Source: Clostridiales bacterium (GTDB lineage: Bacteria > Bacillota > Clostridia > Christensenellales > CAG-314). Taken from it: DNA of 64,000 bases. Numbering within the stretch: position 1 is the first letter of the stretch; the number at the start of each line of letters is the position of its first letter. A model generated the notes under the pieces. That model was given only the letters and a program-made list of their open reading frames with translations, was not told the DNA's origin and did not search any database. This document shows, piece after piece, positions 52,117-64,000 of the stretch. The DNA lies in the NCBI GenBank assembly GCA_022508345.1, contig JAFLVK010000001.1:100371-164370 (forward strand), given 5' to 3'. Made by a program: the position numbers and the translations under genes.

Positions 52117-53358
52117 TTATAAACGGCTCAAAACGCCTTTTGCGCCGTCTAGATAGGGCTCTAATATTTTTACGTTTACAATCTCGCCGATCTTTGCCTT
52201 GCCTGTGAAATACACACGCAAATATTCTTTCGTGTAGCCTTCGTAGTAACCGCCTCTCTTTCGTTCGCACAGTATTTCCTGCACTGTTCCGCAGTTACTC
52301 TCAGCAAAGCTGTGCTTTAAATGTTGCTTTATTTCGTTGAGCTTAGCTGCACGTTGCGTTTTCACTACGCCGTCGGTATCAGCCCAATTGGCGGATACAG
52401 TACCCTCGCGCGGAGAATAGGGAAATATGTGAATGTCGGCAAAGTTTACTTTCTCCACAAACCTGCACGTCGCTTCAAATTCCTCCTCCGTTTCGCCGGA
52501 AAAGCCTACGATTACGTCGGTAGTTATGCCCGCAGTGGGGAACACCTGCCTGATTTTTTGCACGGCTTCGTAGTACTGCTGTGTGCTGTATTTGCGGTTC
52601 ATACGCTTGAGCACCGTGTCGCAACCCGATTGCAATGACAAATGGAAATGTGGACAGAAATTGATTTTAGTAAGGCTTTCAAGTAACTCGTCCGTTACAA
52701 CCCGCGCTTCCAGGCTGCCTAGCCTTATGCGAGTGTTTACGCCCTGCAATGCGTAAAAAAGCTGAGGCAAGCTTTCCCCTGTATCACGCCCGAACTGGGA
52801 AATATCAATGCCGATAAGCACCGTTTCGGCGGCGTTTGCCTGCTTGACCTCTTCTACCACGTCCGCTATGCGCCTGCTACGGCTACGACCGCGCAGGTAA
52901 GGCACGATACAGTAGCTGCAAAAGTTGTTGCAGCCGTCCTGAATCTTGACAAAGGCGCGGGTGCGCTCTTGCGTTGCAAATGCTACCTCGGTATATGCGG
53001 AGGGGAGCTGTTCAACGTCTACGCCCACGCGCTCGATTTCGTTCACAATTGCCGTCTTGTTGGCAACGCCCTTTACATATGTGACATTTGCAATGTCCGC
53101 AAATTGCTGGGCGTTCTTCTCTGCGGCGCAACCTACAACTACAACACTACAGTTGGGGTTGAGCTTTTTTGCGCGGGCAATCGCCTGGCGTGACTTGCGT
53201 TCCGCTTCGCCCGTTACGGCGCAGGTGTTGAGCACGAACACATCTGCCTCTTTCAGCCCGTGAAACGCGTTGTGCCCTGCCTTTTGTAGCTGGGCAATTA
53301 TTTGTCCGCTTTCGTATAAATTGGTCTTACAACCAAGTGTAAATACTGAAACTTTCAT
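52117..53358 (-). CDS. mtaB: tRNA (t6A37) methylthiotransferase MtaB (radical SAM)
   Basis: UPF0004 N-domain Cys residues, CNNFCSYC, C-terminal TRAM-like region. Follows prmA as in Bacillus yqeV. Confidence 0.8.
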   Translation of the reverse strand: MKVSVFTLGCKTNLYESGQIIAQLQKAGHNAFHGLKEADVFVLNTCAVTGEAERKSRQAIARAKKLNPNCSVVVVGCAAEKNAQQFADIANVTYVKGVANKTAIVNEIERVGVDVEQLPSAYTEVAFATQERTRAFVKIQDGCNNFCSYCIVPYLRGRSRSRRIADVVEEVKQANAAETVLIGIDISQFGRDTGESLPQLFYALQGVNTRIRLGSLEARVVTDELLESLTKINFCPHFHLSLQSGCDTVLKRMNRKYSTQQYYEAVQKIRQVFPTAGITTDVIVGFSGETEEEFEATCRFVEKVNFADIHIFPYSPREGTVSANWADTDGVVKTQRAAKLNEIKQHLKHSFAESNCGTVQEILCERKRGGYYEGYTKEYLRVYFTGKAKIGEIVNVKILEPYLDGAKGVLSRL

Positions 53359-54254
53359 TTTCTCTTAAGTATCAAGGCGCGCCATTCGCCCTTTTGCTTG
53401 ATTTCCAACACTTGGAATATGTCGCAATAAAGTGCCAGTACACCGTCCAGCTTTACATCCAGTATTCCCGACAGCACCAACAGCGTGCCACGTTTAACCA
53501 CCTGCGCAATATCCGCGCGCAGCAGCTGCAATATGTCCGCCGTGAGGTTGGCAAACACAATATCGAACTTGCCGCTGGTCTGCTCTGTTAGGTTGCCCGT
53601 CTTGACGGTAGCGCGCTGTGTAAGCCCGTTGATTTCGGCATTGTGCTTTGCCACGTCCGTTGCCTGTACGTCAATGTCCACCAGCTCGGCTTGTTTTGCT
53701 CCAAGCAACAGCGCGCACAAACCCAGTATTCCACTGCCACAGCCTACGTCAAGTACTTTTTTGCCGGTCAGATTCAACTTTTCAAGGATTTCCAAGCACA
53801 TAGATGTGGTTTCGTGCTGACCAGTTCCGAACGCCACGCCACTATCCATCAAAAATACCGTTTTGGGCGTTTCAACACTTTGCCACTCGGGGCAAATAAC
53901 AAGCCTCTCCGTTTCAATGGGGCGGAAAGTTTTGCGAAAACTGTCTACCCAGGCGTTGCCGTCCACAGTGTTAACAACTATGTCCAAGCTGCCTGCATCG
54001 GTAAGCCCACTTAAACTTTGACGTAAAAAATGGAGAACACTGTCCGTGTCCTCTAAATTGCAGTAGCCCTTGACAACCACTTCGCTGGCATATTGAAGCT
54101 CAATTCCCTCTTCCTTGTAATCCCAGCTGGGGTTGTCGTACAGGTCTTTAATATCGTAAATACTTACGCCGTCCATACAGACCTCTTGCAGGAAATAGGC
54201 AACTACCTCTGCCATTTCCGAAGTTGTATAAACGGCAATCTCACTAAAATTCAT
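53355..54254 (-). CDS. prmA: Ribosomal protein L11 methyltransferase
   Basis: FGTGQHETT and the VLDVGCGSGIL SAM motif. Confidence 0.9.
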   Translation of the reverse strand: MNFSEIAVYTTSEMAEVVAYFLQEVCMDGVSIYDIKDLYDNPSWDYKEEGIELQYASEVVVKGYCNLEDTDSVLHFLRQSLSGLTDAGSLDIVVNTVDGNAWVDSFRKTFRPIETERLVICPEWQSVETPKTVFLMDSGVAFGTGQHETTSMCLEILEKLNLTGKKVLDVGCGSGILGLCALLLGAKQAELVDIDVQATDVAKHNAEINGLTQRATVKTGNLTEQTSGKFDIVFANLTADILQLLRADIAQVVKRGTLLVLSGILDVKLDGVLALYCDIFQVLEIKQKGEWRALILKRK

Positions 54255-54272
54255 ATTGACCTTGTGTGAGCC

Positions 54273-54596
54273 CTATTTGATAAGGATATCAATGAGCATT
54301 TTTGCATTTTCCCACTCGCGCTTCCTCACGGCATACAGCTCGCGCCCTTTTTCCGTAATGGTGTAATACTTGCGCTGCGCACCGATATTTTCGCCCCAGT
54401 AGCCCTTGATACACTCCATATCCTCCAGGCGGTGATATGCCGAATACAGGCTCTGTTCGTTGGGAACGTACAAATTGTTTGTCTTTTGTGCGATAAACTT
54501 GCGGATTTCATTGCCGTACTTAGTGCCTGCCTGTAATGCCGACAAAACAAAGGTATCAATATGCCCACGAAGCAGATCGCTTGATATAACTTTCAT
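54273..54596 (-). CDS. PadR-family transcriptional regulator
   Basis: LRGHIDTFVLSAL...KYGNEI...SLYSAYHRLEDMECI...YYTITEKG. Confidence 0.8.
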   Translation of the reverse strand: MKVISSDLLRGHIDTFVLSALQAGTKYGNEIRKFIAQKTNNLYVPNEQSLYSAYHRLEDMECIKGYWGENIGAQRKYYTITEKGRELYAVRKREWENAKMLIDILIK

Positions 54597-54825
54597 CTTT
54601 TGCTCTCCAGTACTATGTCTGTAATATACTTTAGCAAATACAGCAAGATTTGTAAAGCGTGAAAAGGCGATTTTTGTAAAAATAAAATTTTATTTTTTTG
54701 TTCACAAATGTGGAACATTGTGAAACTCTGGTATTCCGAAAAAGATTCCCCGCTGCGCTCCCTCTTCGAGATTCACTTTTTCGGAATACGCCTCGTTTTG
54801 AGGGATACTGTGTGGAAAACATTGA

Positions 54826-54862
54826 ACAAAAAAGGACACATAGCTTCAAACTGATGTGTCCT
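54826..54862 (-). terminator. Terminator after dnaJ
   Basis: AGGACACAT-N12-ATGTGTCCT with a T-run on the minus strand. Confidence 0.7.
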
Positions 54863-54902
54863 TTTTATTAAATTTAATACCGTTGTATAAAATATACAAG
54901 CC

Positions 54903-56042
54903 TCACTTGTACAATTTAGCAATTTCGTCCAGGTACGCGCGCTTTTGAGAGTAGTTCTTGAGGCTGCACTCGTTTTCGAACTGCTCGATTGCCTTCTTTT
55001 GGCTGCGTGTGATGCCCTTGGGCACTTCCACATCTATTGTTGCAAACAGATCGCCTGTAACTCCCCTGGCTGTGCGTATGCCCTTGCCGCGGAAACGTAG
55101 TGTTTCGCCGTTTTGGGTGCCTTCGGCAAGCTTGTGAATAAACACACCGTCGGGGGCGGGAATTTCAATTTCGCCACCGCACACTGCCGTCAAGAATGTT
55201 ACGGGAACGGTCACATACAGGTTGAAGCCTTCACGCTTGAACACTGCGCTGGGCTTGACGGAGATTTCCAGCAGCAGATTGCCGTTACGTCCGCCCTTGC
55301 CACGCGCCGCATTGCCCTCACCTGCAAGCTGCAAAATGGAGCCGTGCTCAACACCTGCCGGTATTGTGACGTTTATCACCTTGTTTTTGTTCAGTACGCC
55401 CTTGCCGTTGCAGGTTTTGCAGTTTTCGGTAACGATTTTACCCGTGCCACCGCACTTGTCGCACACGCCCACGGTAACCTGCTGACCGAAGATGGTATTT
55501 TGCACCCTGCGCACCTGTCCGCTACCGCCACATTTGTCGCAGTACTTCATGTGCGCTTCGTCCTTAGCACCCGTGCCACCGCATGTGGAGCACTTTTCAA
55601 CGCGGGTAAATGACACCTGCTTGGTGCAACCCAAGATAGACTCCATAAAGCTGAGGTTGACGGCATATGTAATGTCGCTACCAACCGAGTTTTGATCTGC
55701 GCGACGTCTGCGCGACGAACCGCCAAACCCGAACGCGTCACTGAACATATCAAAGATGTCGTCGAAGCCCGTTGCGGTAAAACCACTACCGCCGCCAAAC
55801 GGATTGAAGCCGCCTGCGCCGTCCATGTCCATTTCACCGCGGTCGTATTTGCCGCGCTTGTCGGGGTCGCCCACAACGGAGTAAGCTTCGTTTACTTCCT
55901 TGAACTTTTCGGCGGCAGCATTGTCACCCGGATGTAGGTCCGGGTGATACTGTTTGGCGAGCTTGCGGTACGCCGATTTTATTTCATCCTGCGTGGCGCT
56001 TTTGTCCACGCCGAGAATTTTGTAGTAGTCTTTTTGCGGCAT
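54903..56042 (-). CDS. dnaJ: Molecular chaperone DnaJ
   Basis: J-domain HPD (KQYHPDLH), G/F region, four CxxCxGxG zinc motifs. Confidence 0.97.
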   Translation of the reverse strand: MPQKDYYKILGVDKSATQDEIKSAYRKLAKQYHPDLHPGDNAAAEKFKEVNEAYSVVGDPDKRGKYDRGEMDMDGAGGFNPFGGGSGFTATGFDDIFDMFSDAFGFGGSSRRRRADQNSVGSDITYAVNLSFMESILGCTKQVSFTRVEKCSTCGGTGAKDEAHMKYCDKCGGSGQVRRVQNTIFGQQVTVGVCDKCGGTGKIVTENCKTCNGKGVLNKNKVINVTIPAGVEHGSILQLAGEGNAARGKGGRNGNLLLEISVKPSAVFKREGFNLYVTVPVTFLTAVCGGEIEIPAPDGVFIHKLAEGTQNGETLRFRGKGIRTARGVTGDLFATIDVEVPKGITRSQKKAIEQFENECSLKNYSQKRAYLDEIAKLYK

Positions 56043-56047
56043 AGTTA

Positions 56048-57862
<1,815 letters not shown>

Positions 57863-57913
57863 TTATATCTCCTTTTGATAAATTTACTAATATTTTCACC
57901 CCATATTGGGATT

Positions 57914-58510
57914 TTAGGCTCCTACAATAACCTCTGCATATCTGAGGATTTTGTCTCCCATGACATAGCCCTTTTTATACACCTCTACAACAAGGTCGTG
58001 CTTGTCCTCACCGTAGTCGATTTTCGACAACGCATTCATGGTAGCAGGGTCGAACGGTTGACCTATAACGTCCAATTCTTCAACGCCGCAATCTTTCAAT
58101 ATTTGCAAAAATTGATCGTACACCATTTGGAAAGCCTTGAGGTTTTCGTCAGTCAGGTGCTGTTTTGCCAGTTCGAAGTTGTCTATTACCGCTAGCAGCT
58201 TGACAATTACCGATTGCACGCCCTCCGTCTTGGCCTGTTCGCCGTTGAATTTCATTCGGCGCTTGTAGCTTTCAAAGTCGTTCTTCATTGCGACAAGCTG
58301 ACCTAAGTAGGTGTCCGACTTGTCGGCGGAGCTTTGCAGCCTGTTGCAGGTTTTTGTAAGTTTTTCGTTTTCCGATGTTAAGCGCTCCACTTCCGCAATG
58401 AGCTTTTCATTTTCTTCTGTCAGCGCTTTTTCCAATTCCGATTGTTTATCTTCCACCCCGATAGATGTTTTGTTCACTTCGGGTTGTTCCTTTTTAGTTT
58501 CTTTCTTCAT
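57914..58510 (-). CDS. grpE: Nucleotide exchange factor GrpE
   Basis: Coiled-coil N-terminus and C-terminal GYVMGDKILRYAEVIV. Confidence 0.93.
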   Translation of the reverse strand: MKKETKKEQPEVNKTSIGVEDKQSELEKALTEENEKLIAEVERLTSENEKLTKTCNRLQSSADKSDTYLGQLVAMKNDFESYKRRMKFNGEQAKTEGVQSVIVKLLAVIDNFELAKQHLTDENLKAFQMVYDQFLQILKDCGVEELDVIGQPFDPATMNALSKIDYGEDKHDLVVEVYKKGYVMGDKILRYAEVIVGA

Positions 58511-59538
58511 TTAGTCTCCTTGTGGCTTACGTAATCGATGATTATCTCACTTATCTTGTCCAGTACCGACAGCACCTTTTTGTAGTTCATGCGTACAGGT
58601 CCGATAACGCCAATTGAGCCGCTGACGTTTTCGCCAAGACTCACTCGCGTGGTTACCACTGCGCAACCCTCGGGCGCGTTCTCTTCCGAACCGATCTTGA
58701 CCGTTACGCTGCCGTCTGCGCCACCGTCGTTGGTGAGTATTTCAGCAATCCTTTCCTTGTTTTCCATTTGAGCAAGGAACTTCCTGGCATTCGTCACGTC
58801 GGTGTACTCGGTGTGCTCCAAAATTTTGCTTTCGCCGTACATTTCAACGTCCATGCCGTTGGCTAGGGACACCTTCTTTAATACGTCGATAATCTTTTTG
58901 AACAGAGCGTTGTACTGCGCGAACTCGTCGTTGACAAGTGCAAACGGATAGTTGAAGTTGATAAATTCGCTGACGTGCTTGCCACAGAAAATCTTGTTGA
59001 GCCAGCGCTGAGCCTGCGCAACCATGTTTTCGTCGAAGTCGTCGGGCAAATCCACCATGCCGTCCTTCAGCACGCGGGAGTCGGTTACGATGACCACCAG
59101 CATCTTGCCGTTGGACAGGTCCAGCAGCTTTATTGCAGTGATTGTATCCGACATATCCTCCTTGACCACCACCGACGTGTAGTTGGTGATTTCCGCAAGT
59201 ACACGCGTAACCTCCGTCATTACTTCCTCAAGCGAATTTATCTTGCGGTTGAAGTACTGTTCAATCAGTTCCGCTTCCTTGCCGGTGAGATTGCTTTCGT
59301 ACATCAGCTCATTGACGTAAAAACGGAAAGCCTTTTCCGACGGTATGCGCCCTGCCGACACGTGAGGCTGAATGAGATAGCCCATGCTCTCCAGTGTGGA
59401 CAGCTCGTTACGGATAGTAGCCGATGAGCATTCCGAAAGATACTCTTCCTGGATGTCCTTGCTGGCAATGGGTGTTGCCTTGTCGATATAACTGTCAACT
59501 ACTGCGCACAGTATTTTTTTCTTTCTGTCCGATAACAT
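58507..59538 (-). CDS. hrcA: Heat-inducible transcription repressor HrcA
   Basis: MLSDRKKKILCAVVDSYI...ATIRNELSTLESMGYL. 4-nt overlap with grpE. CIRCE element upstream. Confidence 0.93.
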   Translation of the reverse strand: MLSDRKKKILCAVVDSYIDKATPIASKDIQEEYLSECSSATIRNELSTLESMGYLIQPHVSAGRIPSEKAFRFYVNELMYESNLTGKEAELIEQYFNRKINSLEEVMTEVTRVLAEITNYTSVVVKEDMSDTITAIKLLDLSNGKMLVVIVTDSRVLKDGMVDLPDDFDENMVAQAQRWLNKIFCGKHVSEFINFNYPFALVNDEFAQYNALFKKIIDVLKKVSLANGMDVEMYGESKILEHTEYTDVTNARKFLAQMENKERIAEILTNDGGADGSVTVKIGSEENAPEGCAVVTTRVSLGENVSGSIGVIGPVRMNYKKVLSVLDKISEIIIDYVSHKETK

Positions 59539-59572
59539 ATAACTTTTCCTTGACAGCCAAAATATTTGAGTG

Positions 59573-59599
59573 TTAGCACTCCAGCCGTTCGACTGCTAA
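59573..59599. promoter_or_regulatory. CIRCE operator (HrcA binding site)
   Basis: TTAGCACTC-N9-GACTGCTAA against the consensus TTAGCACTC-N9-GAGTGCTAA (one mismatch). Confidence 0.85.
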
Positions 59600-59610
59600 T
59601 TTCTGTCTCT

Positions 59611-59639
59611 AATATATCACTATATGCTCACATTGTCAA
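59611..59639 (-). promoter_or_regulatory. Sigma-A promoter of the hrcA operon
   Basis: Minus strand TTGACA (59639..59634), 17 nt, TATATT (59616..59611), directly upstream of CIRCE. Confidence 0.65.
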
Positions 59640-59758
59640 TAATATATACCAATAATTTTTCAAAATTTTGGAAAACTTTGCAAAATCATAAAGCAAAAAC
59701 AAAATGTTGACCGATAGCCGAGTTTTATATATAATGATTACATACACAGGAGAAGACA

Positions 59759-60349
59759 ATGTTTGAAAAGCTGACAATTGAAGAATACAACAAAATTTTG
59801 GCAAGTAAAGCCCCCACTCCGGGAGGGGGAAGCGCGCTGGCACAGGTGGGAGCGGTTGCATGTTCGCTTGTGGAAATGGGCGTAAACGTCACGCTGAGCA
59901 AGCCTACCGACAGCGACACCGCGGAATATCTGAACAGGCAATTGGATGTAATAGCTAGGGCAAAAAAGGCATTTTACAAGCTAAGCAGCGACGATGCTGC
60001 GGCTTTTCAACGGATAATTGACGTGCTACGCTTGCCCAAGACCACCGAGGAGGAGTCGTCACACCGCTCGCGCGAATTGCAAAAGGCATACCACCGTGCA
60101 GCAATCGTCCCGCTGGACGTAATGAACATTTGCCGCGAAATAGTAAAGCTGTGCAAGGTTCGCATAATGCCTCACCTAGGCAAGTATGTCAAAACGGACT
60201 GCGTGATTGCGGTTGACTTGTGCAAAACCGTTGCAAGAAACTGCCTGTTAAATGTTCACGCCAACACGCAGCTACTTACCGACCCCACACTGAAAACCAC
60301 CCTGGAAAAGCAAGGCGCAGAAATACTGCAAGATATAGAAAGGATATAA
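59759..60349 (+). CDS. Cyclodeaminase/cyclohydrolase (FTCD C-terminal-like) family protein
   Basis: LASKAPTPGGGSALAQVGAVACSL motif. 196 aa. Confidence 0.75.
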   Translation: MFEKLTIEEYNKILASKAPTPGGGSALAQVGAVACSLVEMGVNVTLSKPTDSDTAEYLNRQLDVIARAKKAFYKLSSDDAAAFQRIIDVLRLPKTTEEESSHRSRELQKAYHRAAIVPLDVMNICREIVKLCKVRIMPHLGKYVKTDCVIAVDLCKTVARNCLLNVHANTQLLTDPTLKTTLEKQGAEILQDIERI

Positions 60350-60517
60350 ATATTGTAATATAATTGACATTTACAATATAAAATAATATAATAAATATGC
60401 TAATTAAGCAGATGCGTTTCTAGAGCGCATCAACCCGAGTCCTGCTTTATCGCCGACTCGGTTTTTTGTATAAGAAAGGGTTTACCGTTGCGGTAAACCC
60501 TGTTTTTTATCCCATAT

Positions 60518-62995
60518 TTATTGTTTGGGCATTGTGGTAAATGTTATTTGTTTGTCGCATGCGTCAACGCGTACGTTGTCGCCTTTGCTTATTTCACCTG
60601 TCAACAGCTTCTCGGCAAGGGCATCTTCCACCTTGCGTTGAATGGTTCGCTTGAGCGGACGCGCGCCGTAATTTCTGTCGTAGCCGTCGCTGGCTAAAAA
60701 TTGTATTGCGCGCTCGGTAAATTGAAGGTTAATAACTCCCACCAGCCGCTTGTACAGCGTAAAGCACATCAGTTCGGCTATACGCGCCATTTCCGCCGTG
60801 CCCAGGTAATTGAAAGTTACTATCTCGTCCAAACGGTTCAAAAATTCGGGACGGAAGAACTTGCGCAATGCCCTGTCGATACTGTCCTGCATTGCGGTAA
60901 AGTCGTTTTGCATGCCAAAGCCAATGGACTTGCTGTTAAGCTCGCCAATACCGATGTTACTTGTGAGGATAATCACCGTGTTGCGGAAGTCCACCGTTTT
61001 GCCGTGGGAATCCGTCAGCCTGCCCTCATCCAGTATTTGCAGTAGCAAATTGAACACGTCGGGGTGAGCCTTTTCTATTTCGTCAAACAGCACCACGCTG
61101 TAGGGCCTGCGCAGCACCTTTTCCGTAAGATAACCGCTCTCTTCGTAACCGACGTATCCCGGAGGCGCGCCGATAAGCTTGGCAACAGATGCCTTTTCCA
61201 TGTACTCGGACATGTCTATGCGGATAACGTCGGAGTTTGTGCCGAACAGACAGTCGGAAAGTGCCTTGGCTAGCTCGGTTTTACCGACACCTGTAGGACC
61301 GACAAAAATGAAGCTTCCTATTGGGCGGTTGGGGTCCTTGAGCCCTGCACGCTGACGGCGTACTGCTCGCGACACCACCTTGACCGCTTCGCTTTGACCG
61401 ATTACGCGCGCGGTAAGTTCCTCTTCAAGGTGAACAAGCTTGTCCTTTTCCGCACGGGATAATTCGGATACGGGCACGCCCGTCATTTGCGACACAACCA
61501 AACGGACGTATTCGCTTGTAAGCACGCACCTGTGCTCATTGAGCTGTTGTTGGTACAGGCTTTGCTCCCGTTCAAAACGCACGCGCAGCTCATCGTACTG
61601 CGTTTGTAGGTTTTGAATTTGCTCCGCATCGTGACCCTCGTTTGCAGCGTCCAGCTTGCGTTTTACCGTCTTGAGGTTGTTTGTAAGCTCCACTAAATCG
61701 CGCGGAACCTGAAACTCGGTAATCTTCAGCTTGCTGCACGCTTCGTCTATGATGTCGAATGCCTTGTCGGGCAAAAATCTATCCGTGATGTATCTGACGG
61801 ACAACTGCACAGCAGCAACTATCGCATCGTCCGTTATTTGCACCCCATGGTGCGATTCGTACTTGGAGCGAACACCCTTGACAATTTCCACCGCAAGCTC
61901 GGGCGACGGCTCGTCCACGGTGATGGGTTGGAAACGGCGTTCCAAGGCGGGGTCCTTGTCGATATACAAACGGTACTCGCGCGTGGTGGTTGCGCCGATG
62001 ATGTGCAAGTCTCCGCGGGCAAGCGCCGGCTTCAAAATTTCCGCCGCGTCCATTGCGCCCGTTGACGTGCCGCCTGCGCCCACCAAGTTGTGAATTTCGT
62101 CAATGAACAAAATGATGTCGCCCTCGGCAATTACCTGATTGATAAGGTTTGTGAGACGTTCCTCGAAGTCGCCCCTGTAACGCGTTCCTGCCACCATTGA
62201 CGCCATATCCAGCTCTATCAAGCGCTTACCCTGCAGCTCTACGGGAACCTGTCCCTTTGCCATGCACGTTGCAAGCCCTTCAACGACGGCTGTTTTGCCT
62301 ACGCCCGCTTCGCCGATAAGTATGGGGTTGTTCTTGGTGCGGCGCGTGAGGGTTTGTATCACGCGTTCCGTTTCCAAGTCTCTGCCAATGACGGGATCGA
62401 AACCGCCCATCATTGCCCGCTCCGTCAAGTCGATGCCGTACTGAATGACGTTTTCATCAGTCAGTCTGCTTTCATGGCGGTCGAAAGTTGTTTCGTAGGG
62501 CATGTCGCTCTTTTGCTCTTCGGGGTGCTTTTCTTCCTCTTTCAAGGTTACAGGCTTGGGCATGCCCAAATTTCTCAGCTTAACGCCGTTGGGCAATTCT
62601 CGTGCTATTGCAAAAAACAAATCTGAGGGCTTTTTTCCGCTTTCGTCAAGGAAATACGTTATCTTTTGATAGGCGTAGGTTCCTTTCATTGTGAGCATTG
62701 CCAGCAGTGTGTGTATGCAGTTGGTGTCAGCCTCGCCCAGTGTTTCGGCTATGGTTGCAGCGCGCTCGTTTAGCTCATCAATTTCGGGAGAGTTTTGCAG
62801 CATGCCTCCACGGCCCTTGTTTCTGGGAACAAGCTTGTCCTCAGTCAAGCCAAAGCTTGTCAAGTACCTTTGTGACTCGTTTTCGACACGCGAAAGAGCG
62901 TACAGCACATGCTGTCCCTCCAACTGCGAAAGCCTGAGGCTACGCGCAAACATATTGGCAAATTCATATACGTTTTGCAAAGTTTCCGATTGCAT
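60518..62995 (-). CDS. clpC: AAA+ ATP-dependent Clp ATPase subunit (ClpC-like)
   Basis: Clp_N repeats, two Walker A boxes ([16 protein letters not shown]), a short coiled-coil M-domain, ClpB_D2-small. Start at ATG 62995 behind AGGTG. Confidence 0.85.
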   Translation of the reverse strand: MQSETLQNVYEFANMFARSLRLSQLEGQHVLYALSRVENESQRYLTSFGLTEDKLVPRNKGRGGMLQNSPEIDELNERAATIAETLGEADTNCIHTLLAMLTMKGTYAYQKITYFLDESGKKPSDLFFAIARELPNGVKLRNLGMPKPVTLKEEEKHPEEQKSDMPYETTFDRHESRLTDENVIQYGIDLTERAMMGGFDPVIGRDLETERVIQTLTRRTKNNPILIGEAGVGKTAVVEGLATCMAKGQVPVELQGKRLIELDMASMVAGTRYRGDFEERLTNLINQVIAEGDIILFIDEIHNLVGAGGTSTGAMDAAEILKPALARGDLHIIGATTTREYRLYIDKDPALERRFQPITVDEPSPELAVEIVKGVRSKYESHHGVQITDDAIVAAVQLSVRYITDRFLPDKAFDIIDEACSKLKITEFQVPRDLVELTNNLKTVKRKLDAANEGHDAEQIQNLQTQYDELRVRFEREQSLYQQQLNEHRCVLTSEYVRLVVSQMTGVPVSELSRAEKDKLVHLEEELTARVIGQSEAVKVVSRAVRRQRAGLKDPNRPIGSFIFVGPTGVGKTELAKALSDCLFGTNSDVIRIDMSEYMEKASVAKLIGAPPGYVGYEESGYLTEKVLRRPYSVVLFDEIEKAHPDVFNLLLQILDEGRLTDSHGKTVDFRNTVIILTSNIGIGELNSKSIGFGMQNDFTAMQDSIDRALRKFFRPEFLNRLDEIVTFNYLGTAEMARIAELMCFTLYKRLVGVINLQFTERAIQFLASDGYDRNYGARPLKRTIQRKVEDALAEKLLTGEISKGDNVRVDACDKQITFTTMPKQ

Positions 62996-63024
62996 TTCGT
63001 TCACCTATCTGATTATGTACGCAT

Positions 63025-63053
63025 ATTGTACCAAACAATCGAAACTTTTTCAA
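63025..63053 (-). promoter_or_regulatory. Sigma-A-type promoter of clpC
   Basis: Minus strand TTGAAA (63053..63048), 17 nt, TACAAT (63030..63025). Confidence 0.5.
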
Positions 63054-63104
63054 GGGAATACGGGCAGTTGGTGTAAATAAAGTAGTTTTGCTACTTAAAT
63101 GTAT

Positions 63105-63141
63105 TAAAAAAAGCGGAGTATTATCTCTCCGCTTTGTTTTT
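63105..63141 (-). terminator. Terminator after the P-type ATPase gene
   Basis: AGCGGAG-N8-CTCCGCT flanked by A7 and T-rich runs. Confidence 0.7.
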
Positions 63142-63152
63142 AGTGATTTTTC

Positions 63153-64000
63153 TTATCCCATTTGTTTGCTTTTCAGTTTCTTCCTGTCGGTATGCTTGAA
63201 GTGTACGGTTCTGCGTACCATACGCGACAATTCGCGCGCCAGCGTAGGCAACAGCGAAAGCGCAACGGCAATGAAATAGAAATGCCAACTTAGCTGCGTT
63301 AGTCCAAACACTTTTTGAAAGGGCGGAACAAATGCAACCACTGCCACAAGCCCGACGGAAATGAAGAAACTAAACAGCATAAACTTGGTAATTCCACCCT
63401 TGAACAGGCCTTGATTGTTGCGCATTTCCAGCACGTAAAACAGCTGCGATACCGACAGCACCAGGTACGCCATTGTACACGCTGCCTTGTCACTCACAGT
63501 GTTACCTATTGCATACCCCACAAGCGTTGCCAGTCCAAACAGAATACCACCGATAGCTACACGCCTGCCACCGCCACCGCTGAAAAATGTTTCGTCCTTG
63601 CCCTTTGGCGGACGGCACATTACGTCGCTTTCCTGCTTGTAAATTCCAAGCGCAAGCCCGGGCAAGCCGTCCGTTACAAGGTTGACCCACAACAGCTGCA
63701 TTGCAGACAGCGGCGAGACGTTCCAAAGCAACAGCGCAACAAATACCGACAGCACTTCACCTATGTTACAGGTGAGTAGATATGTTACGGATTTTTTGAT
63801 ATTCTCATATACGCTTCTGCCAAGCGACACCGCATCCACAATTGTTGCGAAGTTGTCGTCGGTAAGGATAATGTCCGCCGCATCCTTGGCAACCTCAGTG
63901 CCGCTACCCATTGCACAACCGATATCCGCGCTTTTTAACGCAGGTGCGTCGTTTACACCGTCGCCCGTCATGGCAACAACTGCACCCACACTTTGCCAGG
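63153..64000 (-). CDS. Cation-transporting P-type ATPase (Ca2+/Mg2+-type), C-terminal part; N-terminus outside window
   Basis: Hinge motif GDGVNDAPALKSADIG followed by TM7-10. The reading frame stays open to the window edge. Confidence 0.88.
   Translation of the reverse strand, partial: WQSVGAVVAMTGDGVNDAPALKSADIGCAMGSGTEVAKDAADIILTDDNFATIVDAVSLGRSVYENIKKSVTYLLTCNIGEVLSVFVALLLWNVSPLSAMQLLWVNLVTDGLPGLALGIYKQESDVMCRPPKGKDETFFSGGGGRRVAIGGILFGLATLVGYAIGNTVSDKAACTMAYLVLSVSQLFYVLEMRNNQGLFKGGITKFMLFSFFISVGLVAVVAFVPPFQKVFGLTQLSWHFYFIAVALSLLPTLARELSRMVRRTVHFKHTDRKKLKSKQMG

Overview
This 64-kb window looks like a chromosomal segment of a spore-forming Firmicute, probably Clostridia-like. The evidence is an intact sigK, cwlD, a CIRCE/hrcA heat-shock operon, and Gram-positive RBS and terminator architecture. 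About 85% is coding, mostly on the minus strand.

Housekeeping content:
- ppdK and the Leloir operon galT-galK-galE
- tmRNA (ssrA), tcdA and a K+-dependent membrane pyrophosphatase
- tRNA-Val(CAC), a split chrA pair, sigK, cwlD, recX and rpsU
- mtaB, prmA, dnaJ-dnaK-grpE-hrcA, clpC and a partial P-type ATPase

Accessory content:
1. A LacI-controlled sugar ABC importer locus with three unusual surface proteins (1-9893).
2. An SDR/TetR pair bracketed by a 46-bp direct repeat.
3. A six-gene SipW/TasA-like fibre operon (14378-18169).
4. A lower-GC block after ssrA containing an orphan PD-(D/E)xK protein.
5. An ABC ATPase, 532-aa permease and 1659-aa Big_2 giant protein operon, followed after a 60-nt gap by a co-directional membrane-protein gene (31384-40101).
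6. A tRNA-Val 3'-end duplication that resembles an att scar.
7. Tandem perfect DnaA boxes far from any dnaA gene.

I found no CRISPR array, rRNA, transposase or integrase. The best candidates for an undescribed system are the SipW/TasA-like operon and the ABC plus giant Ig-protein operon. All functional calls come from motif recognition by eye and need HMM or BLAST confirmation.
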